DNA of 64,000 bases from Saccostrea cucullata (taxonomy: Eukaryota), in NCBI RefSeq assembly GCF_032062105.1, contig NW_026938763.1, positions 1 through 64,000 of the forward strand. Reading direction: 5' to 3'. The notes under the pieces were generated by a model that was not told where the DNA came from, did no database searches, and worked only from the letters and a program-made list of their open reading frames with translations. The translations under genes and the position numbers were made by a program. Below, in pieces: positions 1 through 10,948 of this stretch (positions are counted from its first letter, which is position 1; each line of letters opens with the position of its first letter).

Positions 1-263
1 TTTCAACCTCAATAATAAAAAATAATCTATGTGTAAAACGTAATTCTAAATTCATTAGATTGCAATTTATACATAATAGAAAAGAAAAAAAAAAGAAAAG
101 AAAAATAAGACCATATATATTCATGGAGTGCTGCCAATGTGGGCAGTATAAGGCAATTTTTCAAAAAAGTGAAGTATCAATCAAACAAATAATGCTCGTT
201 ATATGCATATGTTTCTATTTTATTGTAAATACAATATTTATCTAGTGGACTTAAGAACAAATC
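1..263 (+). repeat. Direct copy of 8566-8822
   Basis: tttcaacctcaa...aggcaatttttcaaaaaagtgaagtatcaatcaaacaaataatg...caatatttatctagtgg shared between the two places. Confidence 0.9.
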
Positions 264-1289
264 ATTTAATTTCTATAAAATTCTTGATTCTGATTGGATA
301 AAAAATTCTTTTGATAACTGCATCAATAAAATCTAGAGTTCGCTTGCACTAAGCAGCCGGAACTACTTTGGCTGTCTTTACATCTATATTCCCGCTTCCA
401 GATTACTTTTTGAAGGAATAATTGAATACTTTTTATTTAATAAATATTTTCCTGAATTTCGGAACCTGTCCGTTACGTGTCTGACTTATTTTCTACTTTC
501 GTTTCATTTTGAATTATCCCCCTTTGCTAAACAAATCAAATCGTCTGCATGACGACTATACAGTTATGGAAAAGATCCGAAAGAAGGGAAGAAATCGTTT
601 AATCGGCATATTTTTCTTAAATGTTTGACTTTGAGATATCTGGTATGAAACAATAGAACTCTGAAAAAATGTTTTATTATGCTACAAAAGCGGGGAAAAC
701 CGTAAATCTGTTAAATAATTGGAAACTAATGATCGAGAAAACGAAACTGCATGAATGTGGACGGACTTCTTTTAATCATGAACAGTCGGCAGCAGACTCT
801 TTCAGGTTTTACAGCATTGACAGGTTGTGATACTTATTAATATATTCGGTTTGAAATTCAGATGAAAAGATGCGCAAATGAAATCCAAAATTTCTGTGAT
901 CGAGAACTGTTAGGATATTTGAATAGCTTCCCTTTACGAACTAAGATAACTTACCGGGAAAAATATACCCAGAGGGATAACACAACAGGTAAGTTTTTGT
1001 GTTAAAGAACTGTAAATTATTTCAGAGAATGTTGGTAAGCACACGACAATATTTGAGAACGTTTTTTCGTTAGCATGGTTAGAGCCATTTTGAATTTTCA
1101 GCAAGGTTAACGTTATGGTGATGTATTCGTGCACACTGTTTTTGATGCGTAAATTTAAAAGAAAAGTGAAGGAAACTTTATTTTATTAATTTAAAATCAT
1201 AATTAAATGATAAGAAATGAATGTAATATTTTTTTCTTTGATCGATGTATCAAAGAAAAAATTTGGACGGAAAACTTTTTCATCAATTT
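251..1289. mobile_element. Non-autonomous repeat (Crypton-like, inferred) abutting the broken exon 7 of paralog A
   Basis: Starts ttaagaac...ctgattgg, ends aatttaaaatcataattaaatgataagaaatgaat...ggaaaactttttcatcaattt. Resembles oyster repeats from recall; exon homology stops exactly here. Confidence 0.5.
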
Positions 1290-1784
1290 CCGATAGGGTC
1301 ACTCCAGCTTCAAACACGATGACGTCATCATCCGTTGTATTTTCATTGTCATAATATCCTGTGAATTTTTCATATTTATTTTTTATATCAGAATATCATG
1401 TGATATTCAATATGAATATTATTAAAATAAATCTTGTTTTTGATCGTAGAGGAGGTCGTAGAACATATAACAAACGTTAACATATCTGAATAGGTAAATT
1501 AAGTAAATGTATACCAACCTCTATTTACCCAGTGCGGAGGGAAATGGAGAGTAGCATTAGAATATGTTCCGCCACATGCTTTTAAAACCAGCATTTCTGC
1601 CCCCTGTCAAAAGAAGAAGTTATAAATGGATGTATCTTTTAGAAGAACAAACTGTGTGGGACATGCTTTTTTATACACAGTGTGAGTTTTGAATTGGTTT
1701 TAATAAACTTACAAATAAATTAGAGATTAAAATTACAAATTCCAAAATAAAGTGTTACTTGATACCTTCTTTCCTTAAGGTTAA

Positions 1785-1786
<2 letters not shown>

Positions 1787-1822
<36 letters not shown>

Positions 1823-1846
1823 AGAGAGAGAGAGAGAGAGAGAGAT
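1787..1846. repeat. (AG)n microsatellite
   Basis: About 28 AG units with one interruption. Confidence 0.97.
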
Positions 1847-2300
1847 TTTTGATGATTGTGCAAGATGTGCGTATGCTTAAGAGAGATCATTTTAAAAGTT
1901 CATTGAGATCTGACATGACATTATTAACGATCAACTCCTATGCGCCCGGACGGATCAGTGGGATATAAACATTTCACTTTTTACGTGAACCAATTCGTTT
2001 TGATTTAAAAGATAATTTTACTCATAGGTATACCATTACAATCTACTCACTGGACGGAAGTTGTTTCCAATTTTAACTACTCTCAGGTACATTGCTTCGT
2101 TGTTTCTGCCTTCAAGGCTGACTTGGATTTGAGGATTATGAAAAGGTACCCATGCTTTGAAGACAATTTTCGTGACAGAGTTTATTTTTGAGATGATATT
2201 AGAGGGGGTTCCAGGATCCATTGCGTAATATGCTGCCTTGTTCATTGGCTGAAGTGAATAATTCATAATCATTTAACAAAAGTGAGCAATGATTTAAATA

Positions 2301-2507
2301 CTGTACATGTATTGTATTTGGCAAGTACTATATTTGGCGGAAATTGACTTTTGAACAAGTTAGCGTAGATTTAATTTAGTGCATTTCTTAATGTTCTTAT
2401 TTATGAGTATATGTGCAAGACATTTAGCGTTGTACTTGAATTAGCGGAAGTTTCTTTCCGCCAAAGGCGCTAAAAAGAATACACAGCCAAATATAATACG
2501 TTTACAG
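2301..2507. mobile_element. TA-flanked MITE (related copies 12439-12643, ~22045-22250, 45999-46234, 51885-52062)
   Basis: ta|ctgtacatgtattgtatttggc ... gccaaatataatacgtttacag|ta; the others share TA-CTGT/CCGT...ACAG/ACGG-TA ends and ~180-240 bp size. Confidence 0.78.
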
Positions 2508-5500
2508 TAGTCTGGAAATTTAACCACATCAGAATGATTGTTTGAAAAATCCTATTGTTTGATATCATGCGGCATGTACATGTACATGTTAACTTACAAT
2601 AAAGAATTTTTACTCAGTCATACATTGTGAAAGAAGGATATGGAGATAAAGAAAAGTATTCAATCTCAAAGTCCATAAAAAGATTCAGTCTAAATATAAT
2701 TTATAATAATAAGAAAAAAATGACAACTTACTAGAAGAAAGGTCCTCACGGTAAAAGCAACTTCTCCAAAAATACTTTTTCTGTTCGGTAGTAAAAGAGT
2801 CTCAGTATGGTAACTAGTTTCGATTTGTTGTCTATCGGCCAATCCCTCTGCATTGTGAAAGTAAACGTAGAAATCACAGCTTAATTGATGATCCGTCTCG
2901 TTCTCAGAAAGACGAACATCGACATTTGACCAATGAAAGCGAAACATGTCGATTTTTTTAAAGCCTGTCTGTAATTTGGAAATAAAATACACATAAAAGA
3001 CATTGAATAAAATTATCTATAACACCATAAGTTTTACAATAATTTATACTACAAAGAGTTTGCTATACGCTTTCTGAGGAACTAGAATAATATATAATAC
3101 GATAAAAGATTACTCACGTTTCTCAAAATAAATGAAAGCATTGGTTATACTCTTTTATGCTGAATTGCTTATCCAACTTTTCACTCTTTTTTGTCCACGT
3201 CAAAGTTTTCATGTTTTGAGTCTGACTCAGTGAAATGACTACCTTGTCAAAATATTGTGTGGGTAAAGTAAGAATTAGCCTGACTATCGCTTTCATGCCA
3301 ATGTTAAGCTCTCTATTGTCGATTATAGATACGTCCAGTATAGCGATACTTTTGGGTGTGTTATAGTCTAAAACGAATCAAAATACTTTAATACACAAAT
3401 ATATTCATTTTTTTTTTAAATTCAGTCATGCATGTATGTACAATTAGCAGATATTAGATATATCTTTGTCAATTTAAAGTTCGTTTTTAAAACAATATAC
3501 ATATTAATTAATACAAAACAGATAAACCTAAATGGACATTTTTTGAATCTTAGAACTTGTTCAATGATACATTTAAAATTAAAGTAAATTGTATTTGGTA
3601 GATAGGGGTAGAAACCTGTCGTTGTTTGTTCAATTTTAGGTGATGCTGAAAGATTTTTTATTCTTAGATATCGTTGAAGAAGAAACTTTCTCCCGAAAGG
3701 TACTACAATCTGATGTTGTTATATCTTCTTTCGATGTGGTAAATTTTCCTTCATTTGTTGTTGGGTCAAGAGATATGAAAGTTATATATTTACTGGCTTC
3801 CTCTATATTCCCAGACGTTACCTCCTCGTCTACTGTTGTATTTTCTGGGTATTCTACGTCTGAATGTGTCCTTTCCTTTTCATCAGTTTCTTTTGATGGC
3901 GATGTTAAATAATATTTTATTGAATTGAATCTGAAGCCGATACTTTCGTGTTTTTCGTGCTTGAAAACCGATTCTCATTAGGTACAGCTGAAGAATATAA
4001 GGTCTCCCCTGAGGTAGTGAATACATTGGATTTGTTTTGATCCATAATAGTAGTCGTTGTTGTCTCCGTTGATGAGAGAAATACCCCCTCCATTGCCAAA
4101 TTAATCTTAAACGTTAAGTATTTATTGATATTTATGGAATGTATTAATTTATCTTTCTCAAAAATGCTTCTCTGAAAGTCAAAAGACGGACCATATCTCT
4201 GTACCAACGAATATCTTACTAATTCGGTTAGTTTTTATGGAAGTCTTCTCCCTAAATATGACTTTAAAAGTATAATTTTTTGCTATCTAAAATATGTAGG
4301 AAAAGAATAGGGTTTGTAAATAATACCTATCATAAGCAGTGCAAAACTGGATCTCAGGAACCTTTTAGGAGGAAACCAGGTCCAATAACGGAGTAAGTTT
4401 CTACTGTCAAGAGATAACAGCAATTCAGTGTGAAAATACTGACCTAAAATTTCGTCGAAAATATCACGAAAAGAATCAGGGGCAGTAAGCATATGTGAGC
4501 TGCCCAATATTTTTTAAATATTTATATACCAGTGTTATCGTTAAGTTGGTTTATTTTTCATATATCGAGATGTCCAGTTTGATGGAAATAGCAATAAAAT
4601 TTTCAACATTTGATTTGTAGTTGAGTTATCACCATGTGAAGTTGGGCGATTTTTCCGGAATTGAGAAATTTCCATCAAATTCTCACATTCCAAACAAGAT
4701 TTAGATATGGCCGCACGCAAACAACAGAGTAAAAATTTAATAGATTGTTTAAAATGGCACAATAAATTATATCCCAAAATATCATTCTGTTGCTTGCATG
4801 CGGCCACCCTGAAAAATATATAAAACGATGTTTTTCGAGGCCGATTTTGATCGCCTCCGGTTTCGGTTTTTATATTCAGACGTAAACAAAGTTGGAGGAA
4901 ACAGAAAATGTGACAGTAGATTTATCGAAGTTCTAACCATTTATCAGGTAGGGATGAATTGAAAATCAGAGCAATTGTAATTTTACATGCACTGTTCAAA
5001 ATTAAATCCCCTCCTATACTTATTAATGATAGAAGATTCGACATGACAGACTCCGCTAACTCCATGAACTCGGGGGGACGGTAATCTTCACATGCATGTC
5101 AAACAGTTGAAAATAGAAAATGTGTATCTAAAATACATCAAACAGGAACACAACATGCTATCTTCTTTCAAAGAAAAAAATAGATTATAAAAAAATGACT
5201 TAATCATCGATTCTTTTTTATTTAGGCCCTAATATTATGAACCCTCGATCGGCCGGTAAATCTGCATGATTAGCCGCGTTTTATCAGTTGTGAAAATCCT
5301 TACATATACGGCATTAAAATATAAATATACTACATTTCTAGGTTGGGGTTTATAACATATTTTTCTATCTGAGTACAAATACAACCGAGTCTAGCCTTAC
5401 ACTGGTACCTTTGTACTTTGTGTAAATGTATGGTGTACTATAACAGTCAAAAATAAAAAAAAATTGCCAGAAGTTTTTTTTTTTTTTTTTCATTTCTTTT

Positions 5501-6096
5501 TATGTTAAACCATTAAAGAAATTTAAAAAAAAATTGTTTCTTAAAAATAAGCTAACATCACTAAATCTAATTAATGTTCTTTGCAGAATAAACAATATAA
5601 ATTCTTTCTATTTTTCTTGTGGGAACAATGTATTTTTGTTGTTTTTTTAACTTATTAATTAAAATATTATTAATGTAAAATTAAACTTTTGTCAGTATTA
5701 AAAAAATAATTAGATTACCTTGGAATATTATGAATTCATTTAAATCACCATTTAAATGAAAAAAAAAAAATGTTTGTCATTACAAGGTTCATCTTTTTTG
5801 TTTTAATTTAAAGTACCCAATAATGCCTTTGCCTCTGAGTTTATTCATTAAACTCAAATAGGTAAATCAATAAAACTGCTATTTAAATTGATTTCATGAA
5901 TGAAATAATTATATATTATACCTGGTGATACATGTATAAATAAATTATTCCCTTTTTCTCATATACAAAGAAAATCTTATGCAAATGTATATACACTGTA
6001 CAAGTAACCCCCCTCATTCCATAGTTATAGACAAAATGTGCATAGTTACATAATATATATAGTAATTTAATTTTGATATTTATATTTTAATTGTAG

Positions 6097-6354
6097 GATG
6101 CCTGGAGATGGTCCAAAACAATATCCTGTTACTGGAGCTGTTACTTGTTAGTATTGTCAGTGTCGTGCTGGACCCAGAGTTGTCGGGGCATGTGCCCATG
6201 TGGCCTCAGTATTGTGGTTTCTTGGCTATGAAAGACACACAAACTTTGCAGTAAGACCTATTCAAGACTGGGCTGACTACTTGAGGATGCAGCTGTGCAA
6301 CCTGCAGTAATGGATGGCTCATCAGAAAGTGAAATGAGTGCAACGGAAGAGTGA
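6097..6354 (+). mobile_element. Transposase C-terminal SWIM zinc-finger remnant (ISL2EU/Harbinger-related, inferred)
   Basis: GAVTC*YCQCRAGPRVVGACAHVASVLWFLGYERH: CxC...CxH SWIM pattern with the preceding Trp codon mutated to TAG, and a later frameshift. Confidence 0.72.
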
Positions 6355-7429
6355 CATGAATTGTGACATTGGTTTATTGATAGTGAACATTATTGAGAGT
6401 GAACATTCTGCAGATTATAGGCGTCTCCATATGAATGAAAATTCTCAAGAGGGACGTTAAACAATATACAATCAATCAATCAATCAATCTGCAGGTTATG
6501 ATATCAACTGCATTAGACTCCCATTATTGTTTTCAACAATATAGTGGAAGCTGTGTATATATTATTAATTAATTGTAAATAGGGATTTTTATGTATCTAT
6601 GACTTTTTTTATGTTTAAATTGTGATTTCTTAACATCTGTTATATAATTGAGAAATTAAAATATAGTACATTGTACATCCCAAAAACATAGTAGATTCAT
6701 TGCATGAGTTTAATAAGTTTGGTTGTAAATATTGAAAGATGAATTATGTACTTTGACAAATGAAATGATTTGTTATTATCATATGATTAATTGTTATCAA
6801 AATTAATATACTGATGTAAAATGCATAATGCATCACAAAATGTTTCTCAGATAATAGTAACAATTATAGTTTATTATGCAATGTGTTTATTTGCATATTG
6901 AACTTTGTTAATAATTAACATGACTATATACAAGTACTTTTTATTTTTTGTAATACAATGTAATTACAAAACCTTTCCAGACAAACATGTACTAGAATAA
7001 CTAATTCTTTGATGCTTAGGTCATTTTTATGACATTGTGAGGATGATAAACATTATCTTATTATGAGTAAATGTAGTGTATAAGGCATGAGTGGTGTGAT
7101 GTTAAACTTCTATGATCTTTTTGGAAAAAGTATAGGTGGGTGATGGGAGTTCTGGAATTTGTTTATGCAAACTGAAATCCCTAATTGTTATTTTTGTCAA
7201 GTTTAATGAATTGTTATTAAAAATGTTAGTTGAATACATTTCTTGTTTGTTCACTTTGTGCATTCAATGTATTTTTATGTTAAATACATACAAGTAAATT
7301 CAAAGAATTGTGGTCCCCCGCTTTCGGTGTCTTTGTGAGTGTGTTATTTTTTTTATGACATATTGTGTCTAATATGAACACCCTACCATATGTCATTTAT
7401 TTAGAAATTATCATTGAAGTTGATTTTTT

Positions 7430-8020
7430 TGAAGGATGAAAACCCTAATCCTGACCGTTAAAAACTTATGGCCAAAGTGAAAGTTTTTAAAGTAGGTCAA
7501 CTCCAAGGTCAAGATCAAAGGGTCAAAGTTGTTGATATCCAATGAAAGGTCTTCTCACAAGAATTACGTATGTGAAGTATGAAAGTCCTAGCCGTTATCG
7601 TTCAAAAGTCATGGTCAAGGTTAAAGTTTATTCATAAGTACTGAAACTCCATGGTCAAGGTCGAAAGGTCAAGGTTGTTGGTATCCAATGAAAGGTCTTG
7701 CCACAAAAAATACAAATGTGAAATATGAAAGTCCTAGTACCTACCATTCAAAAGTTATGGCCAAAGCAAAAGTTTGGAATTTTTGTGTAAAAGTGGGTTA
7801 AACTCAAAGGTCAAGGTCAAAAGGTCAAATTTGGTGGTACCCAAAGAAAGGTATTGTAACAAGGAATACACATGTGTAATATGAAAGTCGTAGCTCCATT
7901 AAATCAAAAGTTATGGGCAAGGTTAAAGTTTTTGTGACGGACAGACTTACAGACTGACGGACAGACGAACAGACGAATGAGATTTAATGTCCCCTCGCTT
8001 TCGCGAAAGCGCGAGACAAA
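7430..8020 (+). mobile_element. Helitron/Helentron-like non-autonomous element with internal ~150-160-bp tandem units
   Basis: Three aaggtcaaggtc...atgaaagtcctag...aaagttatggc units, (GACA/GACG)n tract, terminal perfect palindrome cgctttcgcgaaagcg at 7996-8011. Confidence 0.75.
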
Positions 8021-10114
8021 AACAACTGTTTTGCATTAAAATCCGTTTTTTTACCACTTATAGCTAAAAAAATAGTTTCTATTCACATGTTTAAGATCAT
8101 TTCTGTTGTACTTGTATTAAACATCCATCTTTTATTTCTTTAATCATATTTACAGGGAAAAAAATTATTAAGAATTTCCAGAAATCAGTGAAAATTGTGT
8201 TATTTTTGTATTGACCCCAAAATGTCTTAATAGTGGTTTTTTCATCAAAATATGTCTGAAAAGGTGTGATTCAATCATAATTCTTTTAATATTTATAATA
8301 TTTTGTCCATTATGGTTGGGGCATATTTAGGGTCTTAATGCCCCTGATTCTTTGACCTAACAATAGATTGTTTCAGTAAATGAATCGAATACAATTTATC
8401 GGCCTTAAAATTTCAAAATGTTGCCTTCAAAGATTGTTAGTACCTTTGTTTGACCATTGTATCTGTAAGTAGCTTGTCTTGTTCTAAAATTTATTTTATC
8501 ATGTTACGTTGTGAAAACGTACATGTTTCTTTAAAATTTAATTATTATAGGTCTATTCATCATGTTTTCAACCTCAACAATAAAAAAAAAAAATCATTTA
8601 TGTGTAAAACTTAATTTTAAATTCATTAGATTGCTATGTATCCAGAATACAAAAGGAAAAAAAAAGAAAAAAAATAAGACCATATATATTATACCAAAGT
8701 TGCCAGTATAAGGCAATTTTTCAAAAAAGTGAAGTATCAATCAAACAAATAATGTTGGTTATATGCATGTTACTATTTGATTGTACGTACAATATTTATC
8801 TAGTGGGCTGAAGAACAAGTCAAAGATAGAAATGGTTATTTTTTTGTTAACGACATCACAAAATAAGAAAAAAATGCTTTTTTTCATAACATGATGTAAC
8901 AGATACATATGTACCACTATAACAACGGACACATATTTATTTGTATATAAAATCAAAACTTGATAGAGTTTCCGCTTCCAATTAACCAATGATAGATTGA
9001 ATGATTGATTGCATGTTGTTTAACGTCCCTCTAGAGATTTTTTCTCTCATATGGAGACGTCACCGTATGCCAAAGAAGGGCTTCAAATTTGACCTATTTT
9101 TGGCACTCAGGGCTATTGAGCAGTGAAGGTTCTTTCTCGAGAAGGACATTAAACAATATACAATCAATCAATCAATCCTTATTTCTAAATATTACAGATT
9201 TCGACTTTTTCATCGTGTTATATACTGCACATAAATCCTGAATACATGAATCAACGTATCATTTATAAATCTACCTTTTTGTTAAAACAGGGTGTTACAT
9301 TAAAATTTAACTTTTAAACAAATTGTATTTTCATGCTTAAAATGCTTTGTTGTCAGAAAATAAATTCATAAATACATATCATAGGAAAAAAAAGAAATAG
9401 TGTTATTCCAGAATTATATAAACATACCGGCAAATAAGAGTGATAGAAAGCTGGAGAGAATGATACAAACTTTCATGCCATCCATATCAGCACTTTACAA
9501 GTAAATATTTCAAAAGCTAACCAAATTCCAAAATAAAAGAAGCTAGCATATCTTAATAAGACATTTAAATCAAGAAATTTATTCTGTAGCTTATTTTTTG
9601 GTATTAATTTGTGGCCAATAACTATAAGGGCAGATATGATAAATTATTCACCATCGTGTGTGTTTTGTGTATCATGTATAATAAGGACTGAGCAAGAATA
9701 AGTTACTAATTTATTGCTGTTCAAATAATATTTTATATTGATATTCGAAACTCTAGCAAATACATACACATACAGGCCATATCCCAATGTACAATGGTTG
9801 AATCAAAAGAAATGTAGCAACTGCTAAAAAATCTTTAAAGATCTATTTAAATCAACAAAACTCTACATAATAATTCCCAAATTTTGAATTTAACCTTAGA
9901 ATTTTATTCATTTACGCAATACTCAGAAAAAATAAGAAAAAACTAAGTTAGTTCTATTCTATAAAAAAATTAATATGCTTTAAATATTAATCATTTACAT
10001 TAACTCCAAACACGACAGAGATAAATCTTATGAAAATAATCATTTTATACAAATATGCGACTTAAATTAGTCACTTTTTTTTCGTTTGCGTTATTTAACT
10101 TTACAACGTCAGAA

Positions 10115-10385
10115 ACGGATCTTACGTCTCTTACATTCAATGCGTAAATAATCTTGGTGTTCAAGAATCGAATCTAGAAGAATGTCTGCATCGAAGAAAA
10201 ACCGAGCAATAAATTCTGAAATTGTATCCTCGACTACACAGAAGTTGACCAGTGCATCAGACGATGTACGGCCGAGCTCTCAGGCTGTTGGTTCTTTTGG
10301 AATCATGATAATTGTTGGTGTTGTGGCAGCGATAGTTATACCAGATATTAACTGTGTAATCTCTTATATGTTTAATACATACTAA
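10115..10385 (+). pseudogene. Orphan terminal-exon-like fragment of a mollusc single-pass membrane protein (SS..KLTSASDDVRPSS + TM + D)
   Basis: ORF 10182-10385 has VSSTTQKLTSASDDVRPSSQAVGSFGIMIIVGVVAAIVIPD, resembling a juxtamembrane/TM tail I recall from many molluscan lectin-like and other membrane proteins. The upstream part (QCVNNLGVQESNLEE) is in a different frame. Confidence 0.55.
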
Positions 10386-10726
10386 GCAAAGTATTACACA
10401 GAGATAAAAGAAATTAGTAACTATTAAAAATATTTAATGTTTTTTATAGTATAACATAAGACCTGCTGTTTTACAATTTACTTTAAAAACTGAAAAACGC
10501 TTTTTCGTTTCATAGATTGTTTTGGTAAGACCGGAATAGTCAGTTTTAAACAATATATTCTGCTTGCTAATTTGAAAAAAGAAATAAATAAAAACTATAT
10601 AATCCAAATTACTTTTAAGTTTCTGTTATACATGCATGCACTTTATCCTCATAAAAATAAAAACATTTTTAAGTAAATAGAAAACGGCGGTAAAAATTCA
10701 TTTCTTGTGAATTTCATTATCCATAT

Positions 10727-10948
10727 TCAAAAGTTGTTTGCACTTAGTTCACATAGGCTCCATCCTCCCGTCTCTTCTTTGATCGTCATAAATAAGATCA
10801 TCTCACTACATTCAACGTTACTTTCACAGTTACAACGGTATGAACACTCTGTCAAATTTCCTGGTGAAGTTTTGTTTTTATTCTTCAAATCACAAATGTT
10901 AAAGGATCCTTGGAAACTCTCTACTGTTCCACTTGTCGGGTATGACAC
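10727..10948 (-). CDS. Paralog B exon 9, Cys-rich terminal exon (VSYP...WSLCELSANNF*)
   Basis: ttttgcag acceptor, stop at 10727-10729; homologous to 31151-30921. Confidence 0.88.
   Translation of the reverse strand: MSYPTSGTVESFQGSFNICDLKNKNKTSPGNLTECSYRCNCESNVECSEMILFMTIKEETGGWSLCELSANNF

Larger units (their letters stand above)
4110..8822 (+). mobile_element. Probable internally deleted DNA transposon filling intron 1 of paralog A, with nested repeats
   Basis: Contains the SWIM remnant. Its right end (8566-8822) is repeated at 1-263. Left boundary approximate; no clear TIR/TSD identified. Confidence 0.45.
1286..9476 (-). pseudogene. Paralog A of the secreted glycoprotein, pseudogene truncated in exon 7
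   Basis: Exons 9476-9428 (signal peptide MKVCIILSSFLSLLFA), ~4065-3616 (Thr-rich, acceptor reads CGG, frameshifts), 3367-3118 (frameshift plus three stops: KKE*KVG*AIQHKRV*P vs B TKECRMGQTIQHKRTYP), 2968-2732, 2248-2051, 1603-1519, 1358-~1286, where homology switches to repeat sequence. Confidence 0.85.

Noticed and set aside
1759-1968. ORF with an RE-repeat
   Set aside because: Translation of the (AG)n microsatellite.
3640-3912. Plus-strand ORFs such as 3640-3912, 18613-18855, 10707-10967, 14316-14537, 30865-31116, 33762-33980
   Set aside because: Antisense shadows of the minus-strand exons, with no splice-supported structure of their own.
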